Part shown: piece after piece, positions 63,616 to 64,000 of the stretch | Numbering within the stretch: position 1 is the stretch's first letter | Layout of the letters: each line of letters begins with the position of its first letter | Assembly (NCBI GenBank): GCA_964016885.1 | Contig: OZ024742.1 | Location: 205,778,001 to 205,842,000 of the forward strand | DNA from: Eledone cirrhosa | Taxonomy: Eukaryota | DNA: 64,000 nt | Direction of reading: 5' to 3' | Position numbers and translations under genes: made by a program | The notes under the pieces: generated by a model | Seen by the model: the letters and a program-made list of their open reading frames with translations, nothing else | Database searches by the model: none | What the model was told of the DNA's origin: nothing

Positions 63616-64000
63616 CCTCTCTCTCCTCTGGATTCATGTTAATTCTTCTATCATGATTTACGTTTCTCCTATTCTGTAGATAAGTCTCTCTCTCCTCTGG
63701 ATTCATGTTATTTCTTCGCTCTTGAACTCTGTTTCTATTATTCTGTAGATAAGCCTCTCTCTCCTCTGGATTCATGTTAATTCTTCTATCATGATTTACG
63801 TTTCTCCTATTCTGTAGATAAGTTTCTCTCTCTTCTGGATTCATGTTATTTCTTCGCTCTTGAACTCTGTTTCTATTATTCTGTAGATAAGCCTCTCTCT
63901 CCTCTGGATTCATGTTAATTCTTCTATCATGATTTACGTTTCTTCTATTCTGTAGATAAGTCTCTCTCTCCTCTGGATTCATGTTATTTCTTCTATCATG
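63616..64000 (-). repeat. 69-bp coding tandem repeat (138-bp A/B higher-order unit) encoding STPR-like 23-aa helices
   Basis: MNPEERETYLQNRRNVNHDRRIN and MNPEEREAYLQNNRNRVQERRNN alternate in an open frame. Confidence 0.85.

Larger units (their letters stand above)
57560..64000 (-). mobile_element. Internally deleted Helitron (3' end in window; continues beyond 64000), carrying nested SINE and Gypsy insertions
   Basis: 3' hairpin CCGTGAA/TTCACGG (57570-57587) followed on minus by CTAT|T (variant of CTRR). ORF ends ...TFTRNIVYIEVL*, the typical Helitron PIF1-helicase C-terminus. 23-aa repeat array upstream. Confidence 0.7.

Overview
AT-rich, microsatellite-rich animal genomic DNA made almost entirely of transposable elements. 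The SINE/MITE spectrum looks like a coleoid cephalopod (Octopus-like); this is an inference from recall, not a database hit. No intact host gene can be supported. Contents: a piggyBac transposase relic; two Tx1-type (L1-clade) LINEs; several RTE-type LINE fragments, one a twin-primed 5'-inverted insertion with a 14-bp TSD; two CRE-type RLE retrotransposons; about 20 copies of a tRNA-derived SINE; a (GAT)n-tailed SINE-like family; several MITEs; a complete non-autonomous Helitron; a 4.5-kb 31-bp satellite; a non-coding LTR element with a perfect tRNA-Trp PBS; and a very young, nearly intact Ty3/Gypsy element inserted into the 23-aa STPR-like repeat ORF of a deleted Helitron. The most notable hidden element is a non-coding tandem repeat of about 440 bp (39840-40680). 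Each unit carries a type I hammerhead ribozyme fold preceded by clustered octamer motifs, making it a candidate retrozyme or Penelope-pLTR circular-RNA element.
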